Assembly: GCA_000004985.1 (NCBI GenBank)
Contig: GG738889.1
Origin: Naegleria gruberi
Taxonomy: Eukaryota
Length of the DNA: 64,000 nt
Direction: 5' to 3' (one strand)
The translations under genes and the position numbers were made by a program. The notes under the pieces were generated by a model, which was not told where the DNA came from, ran no database searches, and worked only from the letters and a program-made list of their open reading frames with translations. This document shows, one piece after another, positions 31,832 to 44,600 of this stretch. The first letter of the stretch is position 1. Every line of letters begins with the position of its first letter.

Positions 31832-34800
31832 ATGCAAGTTGCACCTGCAAGAGACCTCAAGCCTTGGAGAACATGTCTAAAACGGCTTGATAATTCTCAA
31901 CTCGAAGCGCTCTATGCTTACTTTTCTGCTTACAAACAACACTCAACAAATACAGCTTCTACCTCTTCTACTCCACCACAACAGGATAATAGTATTGAAG
32001 GAAAGAGAATTGTAATATTGGAAGTCATTGAGAGGAAATTGAGTAGAGGAGAGAGGATTAGTCTCATTGAAGAATTTGTTGATTACTTTGAACAAAATGG
32101 AACGTGGGATTCAATTAAGGATGATGTTATTATTCTAGAAGCGGAGGAGAGAAGATTGAGTGGAGGATTATCTTTTCGAAGTTCTCTTGATGGATTACCA
32201 GCAGGTGCTGGAGGAGGTGCTGCCACTGATGTAACTGGAGGAACACAAGCAACAGCAACCTCATCATCCTCTTCTTCAATGAGTACCTTCACAAAGATAC
32301 AGACAGCAATTTCTAATATCGGAATTGCCTTACAAGAAAAGAGGAGAGTTAAGTCGAAAAAATCCTTCATCTTTTCGATAGTAATGAATATATGGATGAT
32401 GTGGACAAGTATTTTCATGCCCTCGCTGGANNNNNNNNNNNNNNNNNNNNNNNNNNNNNNNNNNNNNNNNNNNNNNNNNNNNNNNNNNNNNNNNNNNNNN
32501 NNNNNNNNNNNNNNNNNNNNNNNNNNNNNNNNNNNNNNNNNNNNNNNNNNNNNNNNNNNNNNNNNNNNNNNNNNNNNNNNNNNNNNNNNNNNNNNNNNNN
32601 NNNNNNNNNNNNNNNNNNNNNNNNNNNNNNNNNNNNNNNNNNNNNNNNNNNNNNNNNNNNNNNNNNNNNNNNNNNNNNNNNNNNNNNNNNNNNNNNNNNN
32701 NNNNNNNNNNNNNNNNNNNNNNNNNNNNNNNNNNNNNNNNNNNNNNNNTGGATATGCCATTCTGTTTACAAGTTTGATTGTTCCCTACTTGATGGCTGGC
32801 TCTTTAGATTGCGACTCTAACAGTAATGTTATCATTGATGAGGTAGCTTATCAGGTTTTGAAAAGATTTCCCACACAGCCATGCTATCTCACTCCAAATG
32901 TCATATTCTATGCTATTTTCATTGCATCGATACCATTGGCAGTGCTTACTGTTGCCATTTCAACCATGTTGGTGGCCAATCTCCATCCAATGAATACTTC
33001 ATGGTTTGCAATGCAACACAGTTTCTTTAAATTATCCTTTAATGTTGTGAATAGTACGAGTATATTCTTCCACTTTCTTATACCAGCTGAATTTGCGTAT
33101 GGAAGAGCTATTGTTCACATTGCTTTTGCTCTTTTGAACATTTACATTTTTTGGAAAATGATACCATACTTTAGAAGAATTGAAAATTCATTCTATTTTG
33201 GAGCTATTACTGGTCGATTGGGTTGTGCTGTTGGTGTTTTAATTTCCTCATTAGTTAATCCAACAGATTCCTCTGAATTGGGTCTTGAAATGATGGGAAT
33301 GACCTTGGGTATTATTCTTTTGTGCTATCTGGTTGGTTTTATTACTATGGAAGTTTACACTCGTTTGGTATTTAGATATGTTAGAGATGTTTTGGCAAGG
33401 AATTCAGAGAGGGAGAAGGAAGCTGTAATGATTTATCACATCTTTGAGGAGAAGGATAGATTGAGGTTTTTACAAATGTTTCTTCGATTTGCATTGAGAG
33501 GTAGTCATGATATTGCAGATTTGGCAACTTCATTTGTCAAGTCAGCTGCTGCCTCAAAATCATTCAATGATCCAGAGTTGTTAATTCTGGGAGCGATGCT
33601 TGCTGCCTATAGATGGGAAGACTATGGCTATTCTTATGCCCAAGTGTTGATTAGAAGAGCCAACAGAGCCAACATTCCATACGCGATTCGTTTCTATTTG
33701 GCCGAAAGATCAAGAGAATTGGAAATTGACCAAACTAAGGATATCAATTCTGGACACAACTTTGTAGAAATCAAACATATTGTTGAGAAGGTTGAAAAAA
33801 AGACAGAAGAGCTCAGATCTCTACACAAACATTTTTGGAAGGAGTTAATTAATGAAGTTCCTAATATGGGCAAGCTGGATCAAGTTAATAGAAGAATGAC
33901 CTCGCTTTCGAGTGATATAGAGACTACCTATTCTAATTTAATGACAAATTACTCAAGGGAGAGACAAGTGCTCAGAGGATACGCCACCTTTCTTGAAAAC
34001 TTCAAATTCGATAAGGATCTAGCTCACGAGCTTGTACAGGAAGTTGCCAAAATTGAAGAGGAGGAATCAATAAGAGTTAAGAGAAAATCCTCTGGTTTGC
34101 ACATTCCCTATAACAGTAAGAGAAAGTTTGAGTCGTACAGCATTAGAAAATCCATTGAAGAACGTCCTATACAACCACAAGCAGATCAAGTTGATGATTC
34201 ATTTTCTGGAGTGGAAACTCAACGTGATGTTTCTAAAAAAGAATCCTTATTCAGAAATGCAATTAGAAATGGTGGAAATTCCAAAGTAATACTTTCTTCA
34301 CTTGTAATATTTGGATTTTTCACACTTACATTTTTCCTCTATTACTTGATTTTTGGTGTATATATTAGTATGAACGCTGGTGAGCATGTTAGTAGTGCTT
34401 ATTATATGTGTAAACCATCAACATCAACCATTGGTTTGCTGAGAGAAATAAGAATGAAACAAAATCTTAATCAGGTGATGACACTATTTCCAGAAGCAAT
34501 AACAATTTCCCCAATTATGGTAAATATTTCATTAGAAGAACACAAGACAAGACTCAGTGAATATGATTCCTTTTTCAAACAAATTACAAAAGAAGCACAA
34601 CAAAATAGATTTACGAGAGAGCTCTACGAGATATTTACCAAACCAGATATTACTATTTTCGTTCCATCTGTTCCAAAAAATAGTGGAACTTTGGATTTTA
34701 CCACAACAGATCAGAAAAATGTTAGTGTATTCGAATTAATTAATATTATTTCTGAATCAGCTACATATTTCAAAAATTGGAAAGGTGCAGATTACAACAA

Positions 34801-37305
34801 CACAATCCAATCGTTTGAGTTTATGTACGTTTGGGATAACAAGTTGATTGCCAGAAATTCTTTTGTAAAATTTTGTGAATCTGCCATTGCTGCCAATTCA
34901 GATGAAACAAACCAATTTTCCTTTATATTGAATGTTTCTTATGGTGCTACTGCTGGTGGTTACTTGATCATTTCTATTATCTATTTGATTGTGACAAGAT
35001 ATCAAATGGCAGAAGTTCCCCATGTTTTGAACATTTTCAAAAATAACCTTTCGAAAAATGTTGTGGGAAAGATCTATCATGAGATGAATGAGAAGAATGA
35101 CGATGATGCCACAACTCACCTTCCAAAAACTTCATTGACCAGACCTAATAATTTATTCTTTCTTTATGGAGTTTTGGTTATAGTATCATTGATACTTGTT
35201 GGTGGTCTTATTCTCATTGAATCGAATGTTAATTGTACTGATTCCATTCAAACTTCACTAAATATCAAACATGGAACATCTGTTCTCAGAGTTATTCACA
35301 GAGCAAGTTTCAGAGTTGGAGAATATTTTGCTTATTTTGGTCTACCAAAAACCCATCTCAACAGTGATTACATGACCACCACAGCAGAGCTTGATGGATT
35401 TTTAACAGATATCAAATCCCTGATGGCTCAATTGTTTACTGATTGGACAGCTTTAGTTTACGGTTCTGGTGGATCTGATGTTAGTGTTGGTAAATATTCA
35501 ACAATTGACAGATTAATTCAAGGAGTATCTTCTTGCAGTGATAATTCCACAATGGATGATACAGAATTAGTGGATTTGTGGAAAAACTGTTATGGATTGG
35601 AAAGAATGATTTCAACCTTTACTACTGACGTTTCCAAACTAAACGAACAGGTATACAATCAAAATTATGTGAAGAATTTTGCAAATTTCTTAAATGGATT
35701 TTTGGATATCTTTGTTCAGACAAATATTCTTTCAGACCACTTGATCAAATTCTTGGATTTATTTGTAGAAAATTCATCTTCACCTAATTTTGAGATTACT
35801 GGTGTATTTGGTGCATTGTTTTGCTTGGTTTGCATCTTTTTGTTCTATTCAATGTTTAATACATTGCAAAATAATCATGCTCAATTGATGTGTTTGAGAA
35901 ATATGTTAAATTATGTTCCAGTTGATGCCTTGGATTCGAATGAAGTGGTTAGAAACTTTATTCTTTACAATGCCATTCCAAGTCCATTCTCCAAGGTCTT
36001 TAAGAGTAAGACCGAGAATCCAACTGATGAAAACTCAAAGGTGAGAAGTGTTTTGAATTCTTCTGTTGAGGGAGCCTTCATTGCAGATGAAAATGGTTTT
36101 GTAGAGCTGATTAATCCAGCAGCTCAAAATATTTTCGGATTCCAACAACAATCTGATGTGGTTGGTACTCCTTTCATTAACATATTCGATACTAAGGATC
36201 ATGAACACATCAAAAAGATTATTCAAACCATGAAGGATAGTATGAAATTGTCAAATCACAAAAATGGAGAAGTTGCTGAGGTGGATTGTGTAAGAAAGAA
36301 TGGAACACAATTCCCAGCTATGGTTAATATGTTTATTGTTATTTTTGATAATTCACCTAACTTGGTTTGTTTCTTGAAAGATGTCACATCAGAAAAGAAG
36401 CATAATGCTATAATTGCAGAAGAGAAGGCAAAATCTGATAGATTATTGAGAAATATTCTACCAGAGTCTGTTGCTGCTCGTTTGAAATCGGGTGATACTT
36501 TTATTGCTGAAAAGTTTGCAGATATTACTTGTTTCTTTAGTGATATGTAAGTATTCAAGTATCAATTTTTATTCGAATGATTTTTAATTATTTTCATAGG
36601 GTTGGATTTACAAATCTATCATCAGGATTGAATCCAAATGAATTGGTAGGCATGTTGAATACAATTGTTAATGGATTTGATGCCTTGACTGATAAATATC
36701 AATTGGAAAAGATTAAGACTATTGGAGATGCCTATTTCGTAAGTAATTTCAATCTCTTCTCATAATTTCTAACACAATATATTTCTATCATAGGCTGTTG
36801 GTGGTATTGGAAATACTCAATCAGATCACCCTGAGAGAACTCTTAGATTTGCAATTTCAACCTTTGATGTGATTAAGGATTTCAATATGAAAAATCCAAA
36901 TACTCAAATTAATATCAGATGTGGAATCAATACTGGTGGTTGTGTTGCTGGTGTAATTGGTACGAAGAAGTTTGCATATGATTTGTGGGGTGTAAGTTGT
37001 CAATTTATTTTACTTTTATTTGAATGATTCAGGATACTATTAATGTTGCTTCAAGAATGGAATCAAATTCAAAACCAGGCCGTATTCAAATATCACGATC
37101 TACTTTTGAAAGAGTTCATGATTTGAAATTTGATTTTGAAGAAAGAAGATTGGATATTAAAGGAAAAGGCCTTTGTGCTTGCTATTTGCTTCACCAAAAA
37201 CATCACGAGAATCCAATAATTGAAAAGAAAGTAGAGGACCCATCCCCTCACATGTCTAGTTCAGTTTCTGCAACTACGATTGCCAGTACAAATGGAACCA
37301 ATTAA
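31832..37305 (+). CDS. Polytopic membrane adenylyl cyclase with PAS domain (class III nucleotidyl cyclase), at least 4 exons, containing scaffold gap
   Basis: The large exon 31832..36546 includes the 32431-32748 N gap. It has two or three TM clusters and a PAS fold (FIADENGFVELINPAAQNIFGFQQQSDVVGTPF…MVNMFIVIFDNSPNLVCFLKDVTSEKKH). The cyclase domain spans exons 36600..36738, 36794..36991 and 37033..37305. Its motifs are FSDM|VGFTNL, KIKTIGDAYF|AVGG and YDLWG|DTINVASRMES. The introns are GTAAGT…CATAG, GTAAGT…CATAG and GTAAGT…TTCAG. The Lys in EKIKTIGD and the Asp in YDLWGDT are the adenine-specifying pair. Confidence 0.8.
32431..32748. other. Assembly gap (318 N) inside the cyclase gene
   Basis: Uninterrupted N run. 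The reading frame shown across it in the ORF track is an artefact of gap length. Confidence 0.9.
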
Positions 37306-37310
37306 ATTAT

Positions 37311-38582
37311 TTACTGGTCTGTCAATTTTTGGATTGCTTGTTTGAGCTCTTTGATTTCGGCATTATTTTCGTTTGTCTTGTTAATCAGAGTCTTGATGGT
37401 TTGCATCAAAGACATTACCAGTTCTTGTTGTTGGCTTAACTGAAATTCTAAAAACTTATTCTCCTGTTTACATTGTTCAATATCTTCTCTCTGCTGTTCA
37501 ATCATGGAAATGAGTGTCAAGTGATCTTCCACTTCTTCTGTTGTGTTGTAATTTCTTGGTTGTTGCTGATTGTATTGTACACTATTTTGTCTTTCTGTGG
37601 TATTAAAAACCGATTCACTCTTATTTACACTATTTGACGAGGAAGAAGGTAAGCCTATCATTAATTCCTCTTGACCTATTTCTTCTAATAGATTTTCCAA
37701 AGCAATTTGGATTCCTCTGGTTGTTCTATAGATGGAGTAGTTCATTATCCTTTCAACATATTTCCTGATATTTTGTTGGTTATTTTCATTGGAACCTGTT
37801 TCTTGTGGCTCAGAAAATAAATAACACTGTTTCGAATCATCCACACTCATTGCATAAGATTTAATCAATTCGAAACATATTTGTGCAGCCAAATCAATAA
37901 GAGCCGAATCTTCACCATCATATTTTTCCAATAATTCCACAAGCCATTCCTTTCTGTACCTATAAATCAATCGCCACTGATCTAAATCTCTTGTCAGATT
38001 TGAACACTCGACCAGAATATCTTCACACAAAGTTAAATCCACAATACTCGAATCAAACGAATGTCTATTTCTTGCAATAATATCAAACAATTGATAAGGT
38101 TTTTGAATTCCAATCAAATACTGTCCATAACAATTCAAAACAGAACCTATCGTTACCTCCTTCAAAATATTAAAAGCAAATAACCAATCCACAATATTGT
38201 AAAAATCCTCATTCTCCTCCGAAGAAGATGCAGAACATTCACTCTTACTTGCTAAAGGTAACAAGTATTGCAAGTAGAGTGCATAATTTTCCAAATTTAC
38301 ATCATTCATAAAACAAGATTCATCATCATCAGCATCTCGTACAATAACACTCTTCAATAATTTCATTCCGAGATTATAAATTTGCTCAACGCTATTTTCC
38401 GAGTCATTATTGTCTTGTTGTTTAATTAAATTGGAAAATTCATTAGAAAATTGATTCCACAACAAATTGGCCAATGCATAATCTTCAGATTCAATAGCTA
38501 ATTTAATTTGATTTTCTAATGAATTTTCAACCGATTGTATTTCTTCTTGTGATGGTGGTTGAATAAGTTCAACTAAAGCCAT
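37311..38582 (-). CDS. Hypothetical acidic protein with C-terminal coiled coil
   Basis: The 423-aa ORF starts at a real ATG. The C-terminal ~70 aa are heptad-rich (EQQREDIEQCKQENKFLEFQLSQQQELVMSLMQTIKTLINKTNENNAEIKELKQAIQKL). No diagnostic motif was recognised. It converges tail-to-tail with the cyclase gene (6 bp apart). Confidence 0.4.
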   Translation of the reverse strand: MALVELIQPPSQEEIQSVENSLENQIKLAIESEDYALANLLWNQFSNEFSNLIKQQDNNDSENSVEQIYNLGMKLLKSVIVRDADDDESCFMNDVNLENYALYLQYLLPLASKSECSASSSEENEDFYNIVDWLFAFNILKEVTIGSVLNCYGQYLIGIQKPYQLFDIIARNRHSFDSSIVDLTLCEDILVECSNLTRDLDQWRLIYRYRKEWLVELLEKYDGEDSALIDLAAQICFELIKSYAMSVDDSKQCYLFSEPQETGSNENNQQNIRKYVERIMNYSIYRTTRGIQIALENLLEEIGQEELMIGLPSSSSNSVNKSESVFNTTERQNSVQYNQQQPRNYNTTEEVEDHLTLISMIEQQREDIEQCKQENKFLEFQLSQQQELVMSLMQTIKTLINKTNENNAEIKELKQAIQKLTDQ

Positions 38583-38618
38583 TTTTTAATTATTATTATT
38601 TATTGAGTAAGCAACAGT

Positions 38619-40069
38619 TTACAACTTGTTCAAGATCTTATCAGCAGCCTTTTGCAAACGGTTAGTCTTGAGGTCTCTCTTTTCCAGCAATTCTCTCTTT
38701 CCTTGCATCTTCATCTTGGCTCTATCTCTACAACAGCAGCAGAAGATACAGAAACCAAGGATACAAGCAAAGACGGCACAAACAACAATGACAAGAATGG
38801 AAACACCAACAGCAATATAAATACCATTTTCAGCAATAACAGTCAAAAGATAGAATGGATCAACACTACACTTTCCAGAATCAGATTCAGCATATGGATT
38901 GTAAACGTAGGCCTTTGGATTTGTACAACCAGTAGCACATTCTTCACCAGTACAGGCGATTCTAGATCTCAAAGTGGCAACATCAGAAGCTGCAGGTGGT
39001 TCGAAAGAAACAGTCTTAAGACTTGGCTAATTTAAAATTAATTGAAAAGTTCAAATCAAAACAACTTACCAAATAGAATGGAACTGGAGTACCAAGTTGA
39101 ACGCTCTTGGCAATGTTGGCCTTCAAAGGATCCTTTGGAATAACATATTGTTCAGTATTTTGGACAACTGGAGCAACAAAGTCCAAAACCTTACTTCTAA
39201 TTTCAGACATGGCAGTTTCAATTGAACGAGCCCCAGATGGACACCAAGCTGGATAAGCAGTAGTGTCAGTACATGTTGAACTTCCTCCAAAGTTATCGAA
39301 TTTGAAACCATCTTCAGAGTAGAATCTACTACAAGTGTACTTGTAACTAGAAGCATCACTGCTACAATCGCAAGTTGAAAGGAGGGTTTGACAGTGGTCA
39401 ATATTCATAAAGTGTTCAGAACAGGATCCGAGCTTAGTGAAAAGATCTGGCAACTTTGGAACAATACATGTAAGCAAACTATAATTTTCAATTGAGAGAG
39501 TCTTTGTTTGACATGATTTTCCGTAACTATCAATAACACACAAGCCAGAGTTTGCACAACAAAAGCCACTACATGACTTTCCAATTTCAGCAAGATAGGA
39601 CAAGTAATTATTAGCAACACAACTAATATAACCATTCTTTGGGAAAGCATTTGCACAATAAGAATACTTCAACTTTTCAATACAGGATGGACAACTTGTA
39701 ACACCCTTTCCAAGCAAATAGGCTTGCATACTGTTGAAGGAATCTATACAGATCATTATATTCATCACATCATCATATTGAAAACCTACCTTCAAGGAAC
39801 TTATCCATATATTCAGCATAGGTAGAGTATGTTCCGTTTCCTGTAACGATTGGTTTTGAGAAGAAAGCCTTATCGGTATATCTTCCGTTCATCATTGAAC
39901 AGAAAGTAAGATTTGAAATTATTGTTTCTCCACAATGCAATTGATCACCCATACTAGCAACCAAATTTTTACATTGACCCTTAACGAGTGGTATATTATT
40001 AATCAAGGCTAATAAAACAATAACCGCAACAGCGAAAATTTTCAATGCCCTCATTGGAATTTGATTCAT
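38619..40069 (-). CDS. Cys-rich type I transmembrane glycoprotein (3 exons: 40069..39790, 39743..39070, 39026..38619)
   Basis: Exon 1 encodes a signal peptide (MNQIPMRALKIFAVAVIVLLALINNIPLVKGQC). The ectodomain has more than 30 Cys in CxxC/CC arrangements and several N-x-S/T sites. A TM segment IYIAVGVSILVIVVCAVFACILGFCIF is followed by CCCC and a basic tail. The introns are 46 nt (GTAGGT…TATAG, phase 1) and 43 nt (GTAAGT…ATTAG, phase 0), and both joins keep the frame. The total is about 453 aa. Confidence 0.55.
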
Positions 40070-40367
40070 TTTTTTAAGGTTCCTTTTTGAATTTTATAAA
40101 AAATAAAAAGTTCTTTCCCGCCTTAATAATGAACCACCCTCGCTCTATTTTGCTTCATCTCTTCTTAGATGGAAGGTTTTCCGAATAGGAACTCAATAAG
40201 AAGAAGAGAATGATTTGTATTTGATATTACTATTATATTTAAAATGATTATAATTACAATTTGCAAAATCTTACTTTTCCTTCTTGCTTCCAAGATGTTA
40301 AGATTCTAAAGATCAATTTGATGGTGATGCTAATCAAAATAATGAAATTTGAATATTATTATTCTTA

Positions 40368-41423
40368 TTACTTCTTCTTATTCAAATAGAATAAGGCACT
40401 TCCTACAGCTGGATCCACTCTTGGTTTTTCAATAATTTGAATCAAGTCTCCAAAACTCTCCTTCAATTTCTCAATTAATCCCTCAGCAACAATTGAATTT
40501 TCATGAGTGAGAATACTTCCACAGAATACCAATGAAAACTTTTCCGATCCATTTGTGAAATTCAATTTAGTTGCAGTGGTTTTCACTAAATGAAACAAAT
40601 CATTGACCATTTGTTGAATAATCTTCTTTGAGACAGCATCATCAGATTCACTAATGGCCTTGAAAGCAAGTGGTGCAAATTGAGCAATTCTACTCCATTC
40701 TGTATTCTTGTAAATATATGGAATTAAATTACTCAAATTCTTTCCATCATATGCATCTCCTAAATGAATTTTCAATTCATCCTTAACCAATTGAGTAAGA
40801 ACAGTTTGTTCTCCATATTCATCCTCACAATCAACTGCACTTAACAAGACTTGAGAGCCAAGCCAGAATCCACTTCCTCTATCACCCAACAATGGTCCCC
40901 ATCCTCCAGTTCTCTTATAATTTTGACCATCATCATTGGTTCCGAGACAAATCGATCCAGTACCTGCAATCAAACATATCACATGATGCAAACTACCCAA
41001 TGTTCCACTACAGATAGCAGCTACAGCATCATTGAATATGTGAATTTCAGGATATTTGTTGTTATTTTCTTCGCAATTTGATGATGATGATGATAAAGGA
41101 ATGTTAAATAATTCACAAATCCATGATCTCACTTCAGCAATATCATCTGGACGATCTACACCACTCAATCCCAAACAGACAGCAGAAACTCTTTCCAATT
41201 GTTGTTCTTGTGCTTCAGATGAACAACACTCTGCCAATACTTGTCTAATACCATCAAGAATGACTTGTTTAGCTTTATCAGCTCCAACACTATTCTTATT
41301 GGAAGATGGACAGTGAGCTGTTGAGAGGATGGCTTGTGTGGAATTGTCGAGAGCTACGATGGTGGTGCCTGTTGATCCGCCATCAATGCCAATGGTGATG
41401 TTTCTTGTTGTTGATGATGACAT
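40368..41423 (-). CDS. N-acetylglucosamine kinase-like ATPase (BadF/BadG/BcrA/BcrD family, ASKHA superfamily)
   Basis: 351 aa. The N-terminal phosphate-1 motif is ITIGIDGGSTGTTIVALD. The central motif is CLIAGTGSICLGTNDDGQNYKRTGGWGPLLGDRGSGFWLG (GTGS…GD.GSG). This is the NAGK/BadF-type fold. Confidence 0.75.
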   Translation of the reverse strand: MSSSTTRNITIGIDGGSTGTTIVALDNSTQAILSTAHCPSSNKNSVGADKAKQVILDGIRQVLAECCSSEAQEQQLERVSAVCLGLSGVDRPDDIAEVRSWICELFNIPLSSSSSNCEENNNKYPEIHIFNDAVAAICSGTLGSLHHVICLIAGTGSICLGTNDDGQNYKRTGGWGPLLGDRGSGFWLGSQVLLSAVDCEDEYGEQTVLTQLVKDELKIHLGDAYDGKNLSNLIPYIYKNTEWSRIAQFAPLAFKAISESDDAVSKKIIQQMVNDLFHLVKTTATKLNFTNGSEKFSLVFCGSILTHENSIVAEGLIEKLKESFGDLIQIIEKPRVDPAVGSALFYLNKKK

Positions 41424-41605
41424 TTTTTTATTGTTTGCTTTCGGAGATTCGGATTAAAACTTTAGGTTGACTGTGTGAAAGATTTTTAATAAGTGATTGT
41501 TTGAAGAAGCAAATTCTATTCTTCAATATTTCTCAAATGTTATTTTCCATTCAATGAATTTCTTTTCATTTCTCTTGATTTTCCTTCCAACTAATGGGAC
41601 GATTG

Positions 41606-44600
41606 TTATTGAAGAAGCAAATCCCATTCTTCAACCTTTTTCAATATCACATCAATAGAAGGTCGTTTACCTGGCTCATGACTCCACATCTGGCGAATCA
41701 CTTTTGTCATTTCAAAAATCAATTCATGGTGAATTACTTGTTCCTTATCAAGAAATTCCTCACACCATTTCTTACACTCTTCACAAGTTGAGAATGGAAT
41801 GATTGGCCTCAAATTCTCCTCACAAACACTCTTATGGAAGTGATACGAACTACTAAATGGTGTTGGTTTGGTGATTTTCAACTTTTTGAGAACGTTTGGA
41901 TCTGAGCTATGGTAAGGTTCAATAATTTCGAATAATAATTGCCACATAATGATGGCCAAACTGTAGATATCAATAGAACGGGCGTCCTCTCTCTCAATTT
42001 CACCAGAGAAAAGCTCCGGAGCCATAAATGAGCTGGTTCCAATCTGACTGGTAATTGCTGAAATTGTGTGAGAACAAAAAGCTCGTCCTAATCCAAAATC
42101 ACACAGTTTGGCAGTTCCACTTTTATCGAGAAGGATATTGGCTGGTTTCAAATCTCTATTCCACAAATGAAAGATTATTTTAGGTGAAATTTAGTATTAA
42201 TACATACCTGTGGACAATGAAATTCGGTTCCAAATGATGCAAATAATAAATTCCACTCACAATGTTCCTCAATATTGCCAATTTTTCATTGAGAGTGCAT
42301 TTGGAATAGCCACGTTGCATGGATGCAATCATTGCCTCTAAACTCTTATCCATGCACTCCATGGCAATGAATCTCTTTGTTGGTGTCGATGAAACACCAT
42401 AGAAATTGATAATATTTGGATGCCTTAATTTGCTTAATAAAATTGCTTCCACTTTGAAATCATTTTCTGAAATACTCAAATTATTCAAATCGAATACCTT
42501 GACTGCAATTGTCATTCCATTGAATTTGGTTGCAAAAACAGAACCCATTCCACCTTCTCCGAGTCTCTTGATTGGTTTGTCCATATTGAGTTGTTCTATT
42601 GGAATGATGAATTTATCTGCCTCTTCCACATAGTAAGAACTAGATCCCATACTTGATTCATAATGGTCCAACAATCTTTCATCTAAAACCAGATCAGTTT
42701 CAGTCAGTTTCTTATTCTTTCGTTTTACAGAAATATACGAAATAAAGATAATGAAACAAATGGCAGTAACGATGAGTAAAACAATGGCAGATGAGAGTCC
42801 CAATCCGAGGGCAATCGTGTTGATACTACAATCCTTTCCAAAGTAGGAAGATTGACAAAGACACTCATCCTGTTTTACACATGTTCCATGTCCTGAGCAA
42901 GCACTTGATCCTGATTGACCAAAACAAATAGCAACCCCACAATCTTTTCCTGTATATCCACTATTACAAACACAATTATCTGGTGCTGTACAAGATCCAT
43001 TTCCATGTGAGCAAACTTCCACAGATGTCTTTGGATAATTAAAGCAAATTGGTAATTGACAGTTATTGCCAAAAAAACCTTGATTGCAAGAACATTGATT
43101 AATATCGAAACAATTTCCGTTTCCACTACACACTGATTCTGAAATATTTGCTGGTATTCCAAAACATATTGGAATACACATTGTCAAATCTCTACTCAAA
43201 AGGTAACCCTCTCTACAAAATGGTGTCAGTTGTCTCACGACATTTTGAGTAGAATCTGATAAGTAAATCGATCCAGAACTAGGGGAAATTGTAAATCCTT
43301 GTGGAGATGCCAAATAATCACTCGTTGCCAAAATTTCATTCAAATCCAATTCTTTCACAGTTGAATTTCCAGCAATTGTGTAAACTAGATTAATTCCATT
43401 TCGTCTACTTATTTTCCTAATCATTGCATTCAGTGAATCAATGAAAATAATATCCACAAAATCAGGAGGTACCAATTTCACTATAGTTGGATAATTAAGC
43501 TCTGCCTGTTCAGCAATTCCATCTATGTATCCAGGATTTCCACTGCCTGCAATGGTGGAAATTGATCCATTCACATGAATCATTCTAATTCTATTATTAT
43601 TCGAATCGGCGAATATAATTTCATTATCCAAATTGATGGCAATTCCGGTTGGCTGAGCCAAAAGTGCAGACTTAGCATCATTTGAATCTCCATTAAAACC
43701 ATATCCCTTTCCTGCAATTGTTGAAATTATTCCATTTCTATCAATCTTTCTAATCTTGTTATTTCCAAAATCGGTCACATAAATTTCTCCATTGAGAGGA
43801 GAAACAGAAACCGCATAAGGTTTAATTGAAGCATAGGATGCCAATCCCTTATCACCTATTCCACCAACTATAGTCTTGACGATACCAGTTTTAAAATTGT
43901 AAAGTTTCACCAAATTACTGTAAGTATCAGCAATTGCCAGATATTGAGTTCCACCACTTGGTAACTGGAGATATCTGACGCTTGAAGGATAGCTGAGCTT
44001 GGATTTGATTCCCAATCCCTCCTCAAATTCTCCACCTCCAATCAATGTATCAGCAATTCCAGTAGAAATCGAGACAGTCCTAATCCTATTATTATTAGTA
44101 TCAGCTATAAACATGGTATTCTGTGAAATGGTTATACTTTTAGGGAGATAGAGTTCCATATTTCTAACAAATCCACCGTCACCTCCATTACCAATTTCAC
44201 CTGTGCCTGCATAGGTATCTGTAACACCATTAATAGTGGCATATCGAATTCTGTGATTACCCGTATCGGCAATGCAAATCATTTGGCTATCTACCACGAC
44301 AACATCCTCAGGAAAGCTCAATTGAGTTTCAGTTGATAAAATATTATCACCATTGAATCCTTCATGTCCAGAACCAGCAACTGTCTTTACCATTTGAGAT
44401 GTACTACTGCCCAAGTAAATTGATCTAATTCTATGATTTCTAGAGTCGGCAACCAGTAAAACTTTATCAGCAGAGTCAATATGAATTCCTTTTGGCTATA
44501 GAGTTTGTAAATATTGCAAATTATCAAAAATTTCAAACTTACACTATTAAATGTTGTGTTCAACAGTGTGTTATCTCCATTAAAACCCTTCACTGTTGGT

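Noticed and set aside
32083-32820. ORFs of 225 aa and 142 aa made largely of X
   Set aside because: They run through the 318-N assembly gap. They are not real coding sequence.
44387-44414. Apparent start codon MGSSTSQ of the 42180..44414 ORF, and the apparent overlap with ORF 44387..46402
   Set aside because: The first codon is TTG, not ATG. The region is internal to exon 2 of the NHL receptor kinase. The overlap disappears once the 47-nt intron (44496..44542) is removed.
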